A DNA stretch of 17,297 bases from Candidatus Methylomirabilia bacterium (GTDB lineage: Bacteria; Methylomirabilota; Methylomirabilia; Rokubacteriales; CSP1-6): positions 1 through 17,297 of the forward strand of contig JBGQHJ010000105.1 in the NCBI GenBank assembly GCA_041497895.1, given 5' to 3'. Under the pieces are notes generated by a model. It did no database searches. It saw only the letters and a program-made list of their open reading frames with translations, and was not told the origin of the DNA. Shown here piece by piece: positions 15,717-17,297 of the stretch (positions within the stretch are counted from its first letter, which is position 1; every line of letters starts with the position of its first letter). The position numbers and the translations under genes were made by a program.

Positions 15717-16127
15717 TCAGCTCGCCCGGTCCGGGGTCCGGCCCTTGGCGCCGGCTCGCGCGAGGAACCGGCCGAGGTCCGCCACCACGTAGCGCTCGTG
15801 CCGGCCCTCCGCGATCTTCTCCACCTCGTCCCAGGCCTGCACGTCGAAGAGGCACCGGCGCCCGTCGGTCTCGAGCCGCACCGCCTTCGCCCGCACCGTC
15901 ATGCCGAGCGGGGTGGCGGCCAGGTGCTTCATGTCCCCCGCGGTCCCGACGGTGGCGCCGCCCGGCGGCAGGTGGGGCACCATCACCGCGTGGGCCGCGT
16001 TCTCCAGCAGCGTCAGCACGAACGGCGTCGCGAGCACGGTGACCCCCGGGTTGCCCAGGACGTCCGCGGTGAGGTCGCGCGTGACCACGCGTTGTACTTC
16101 GGCGGTCTGTCCGGGGGCGAGCGGCAT
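15717..16127 (-). CDS. Fluoroacetyl-CoA thioesterase (FlK)-like hotdog thioesterase
   Basis: VLATPFVLTLLENAA (Thr, Glu), GATVGT, KHLAATPLGMTV (His), GRHERYVV; 136 aa. Confidence 0.9.
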   Translation of the reverse strand: MPLAPGQTAEVQRVVTRDLTADVLGNPGVTVLATPFVLTLLENAAHAVMVPHLPPGGATVGTAGDMKHLAATPLGMTVRAKAVRLETDGRRCLFDVQAWDEVEKIAEGRHERYVVADLGRFLARAGAKGRTPDRAS

Positions 16128-16138
16128 GGCGGTTTCTT

Positions 16139-16167
16139 CTTCTACCCCGATCGTCGCGCCACGTCAA
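16139..16167 (-). promoter_or_regulatory. Putative sigma70-type promoter for the thioesterase
   Basis: Reverse strand reads TTGACG-17 bp-TAGAAG, ending 11 nt before ATG 16127; no clear Shine-Dalgarno. Confidence 0.4.
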
Positions 16168-16188
16168 CGGAGCTCGCGAATCGGACGC

Positions 16189-16839
16189 CTAGCGGCTCGG
16201 GAAGAGGAGAAAGAGTATCGCGAAGCTCACCAGGAGCGCCTCCACGAGACGGACGAATCGCTCCTCGCTCAGCCGGTCGAGCAGGCGGCGCCCGAGCCAC
16301 GAGCCCAGGATCATCACCGCCCCCAGGAAGAGCCCGATCGCCACGGTGGGCCGCGTGAGCAGGTCGTAGCGCTGGAACACGGCGAGGCGCGTGGCGTAGG
16401 CGCCCACCGTGCAGAGCGCGTCGGTGGCGATGTACGCGCCGCCCACGAAGGGGAAGTGGCGGAGGCGCACGCGGACCCCACGCGACTTGAGCCAGCGGCG
16501 GAGCGGCACCGCGAGCAGCAGGAACACGCCCAGGATCCGGCTGATCAGGAGCCCGTCCGCACGCGAGTACAGGGTGGCGCCCACGATGCCGACGGGCACC
16601 GCCCCGGCCAGGAAGGCGGCCACCACGCGGCCGTCGATCTCGGAGCGACTGAACCACATGCGCGCTCCGTTGCCGAGCCGCATCGCCACCGTGAGGATCG
16701 GCACTGCCGCCTTGATCCCGAGGGTCCAGGCGATGACCGGCACCATGATCACGCCGGTGCCGAAGCCGGCCACCCCGCCCACCGTGGAGGCGATGAGCGC
16801 GGCTGCGGCCAGCAGCAGCCAGCCGAGCGCGTCGGGCAT
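16189..16839 (-). CDS. TauE/SafE (TSUP) family membrane protein, 216 aa, apparently with an internal in-frame deletion
   Basis: C-terminal part of ORF 16189..17292 from MPDALGW: ASTVGGVAGFGTGVIMVP, KAAVP, GSWLGRRLLDRLSEERF. The second Gly-rich repeat is missing after HFPFVGG. Confidence 0.82.
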   Translation of the reverse strand: MPDALGWLLLAAAALIASTVGGVAGFGTGVIMVPVIAWTLGIKAAVPILTVAMRLGNGARMWFSRSEIDGRVVAAFLAGAVPVGIVGATLYSRADGLLISRILGVFLLLAVPLRRWLKSRGVRVRLRHFPFVGGAYIATDALCTVGAYATRLAVFQRYDLLTRPTVAIGLFLGAVMILGSWLGRRLLDRLSEERFVRLVEALLVSFAILFLLFPSR

Positions 16840-16885
16840 CAGGCCCCGATCGACCCGACGCCGCGACCGGAGCGCATGGCCGGGT

Positions 16886-16920
16886 AGTATACGCGGCCCC
16901 GCTCGGCCGCCACGTATACT
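16886..16920. promoter_or_regulatory. Back-to-back TATACT -10 elements forming an inverted repeat (divergent promoters for the TauE and MFS genes)
   Basis: AGTATACG-CGGCC-ccgctc-GGCCG-cca-CGTATACT, with TATACT on each strand pointing outward. Confidence 0.6.
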
Positions 16921-16926
16921 CGGCGA

Positions 16927-17297
16927 ATGCCCGTGCTCCTGGCGGCGCTCGGCGCGCTGCTCATGTCGCTCGACTCCGCGATCAACATCGTGCTGCCCGC
17001 GATGGCCGCCGCGTTCGGGGTGGGCCCCGCCGCGATCCGCTGGGTGATCATCTGCTACGTGCTCACCTACGCGCTCACCGCGTTCGTGGCCGGCGTGCTC
17101 GCCGATCGCCTCGGGCCGGGCCCCGTGTTCACCGTCGGGCTCTGGCTCTCCGCCGCCGCCTTCATGGGCTACGCGCTCGCGCACACCTACGGGACGGTGC
17201 TGCTGCTGCGGGTGGCGCAGGGCCTGGGGGGCGGCCTCGTCTACGGCACCGCGCCCGCGCTGGTGACCCTGTCGCTGCCGCGCGAGCGTCACGGCCG
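16927..17297 (+). CDS. MFS transporter (DHA2/EmrB-like), N-terminal part (runs off the window)
   Basis: Not in the ORF track. From ATG 16927: MPVLLAALGALLMSLDSAINIVLPAMAAAFG...WVIICYVL...GVLADRLGPGPVF (motif A)...LLRVAQGLGGG. Confidence 0.9.
   Translation, partial: MPVLLAALGALLMSLDSAINIVLPAMAAAFGVGPAAIRWVIICYVLTYALTAFVAGVLADRLGPGPVFTVGLWLSAAAFMGYALAHTYGTVLLLRVAQGLGGGLVYGTAPALVTLSLPRERHG

Noticed and set aside
1..17297. CRISPR arrays, tRNA/rRNA, IS elements, integrases or phage genes
   Set aside because: No regularly spaced repeats, RNA-gene signatures or mobile-element motifs were seen, and nearly all sequence is accounted for by protein-coding genes.

Overview
GC-rich bacterial chromosomal window, densely coding, with no rRNA, tRNA, CRISPR array or transposase that I can support. 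From left to right: (-) the 5' end of a MaoC-type hydratase and a 743-aa acyl-CoA dehydrogenase made of two fused, reciprocally degenerate ACAD modules; (+) an EEP-family phosphoesterase, mgtE, a single-domain response regulator behind a near-consensus sigma54 promoter, and an MlaC-like protein with no canonical start codon; (-) a circularly permuted type-2 ATP-grasp / alpha-E / transglutaminase-like triad without the usual Anbu peptidase, followed by a LIV-type ABC importer and an M20 Zn-amidohydrolase; (+) a Zn-ribbon NUDIX hydrolase; (-) a frameshifted hotdog-fold remnant, an FlK-like thioesterase and an internally shortened TauE/SafE protein; (+) the start of an MFS transporter. The best leads are the ATP-grasp/alpha-E/transglutaminase system with its Gln-tipped tail, the single-chain pseudo-heterodimeric ACAD, an apparent 609-bp regulatory cassette inserted into a former mgtE-mlaC ATGA junction, and repeated leaderless or short-leader promoter geometry. 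All family calls come from motif recognition by eye; no searches were run.
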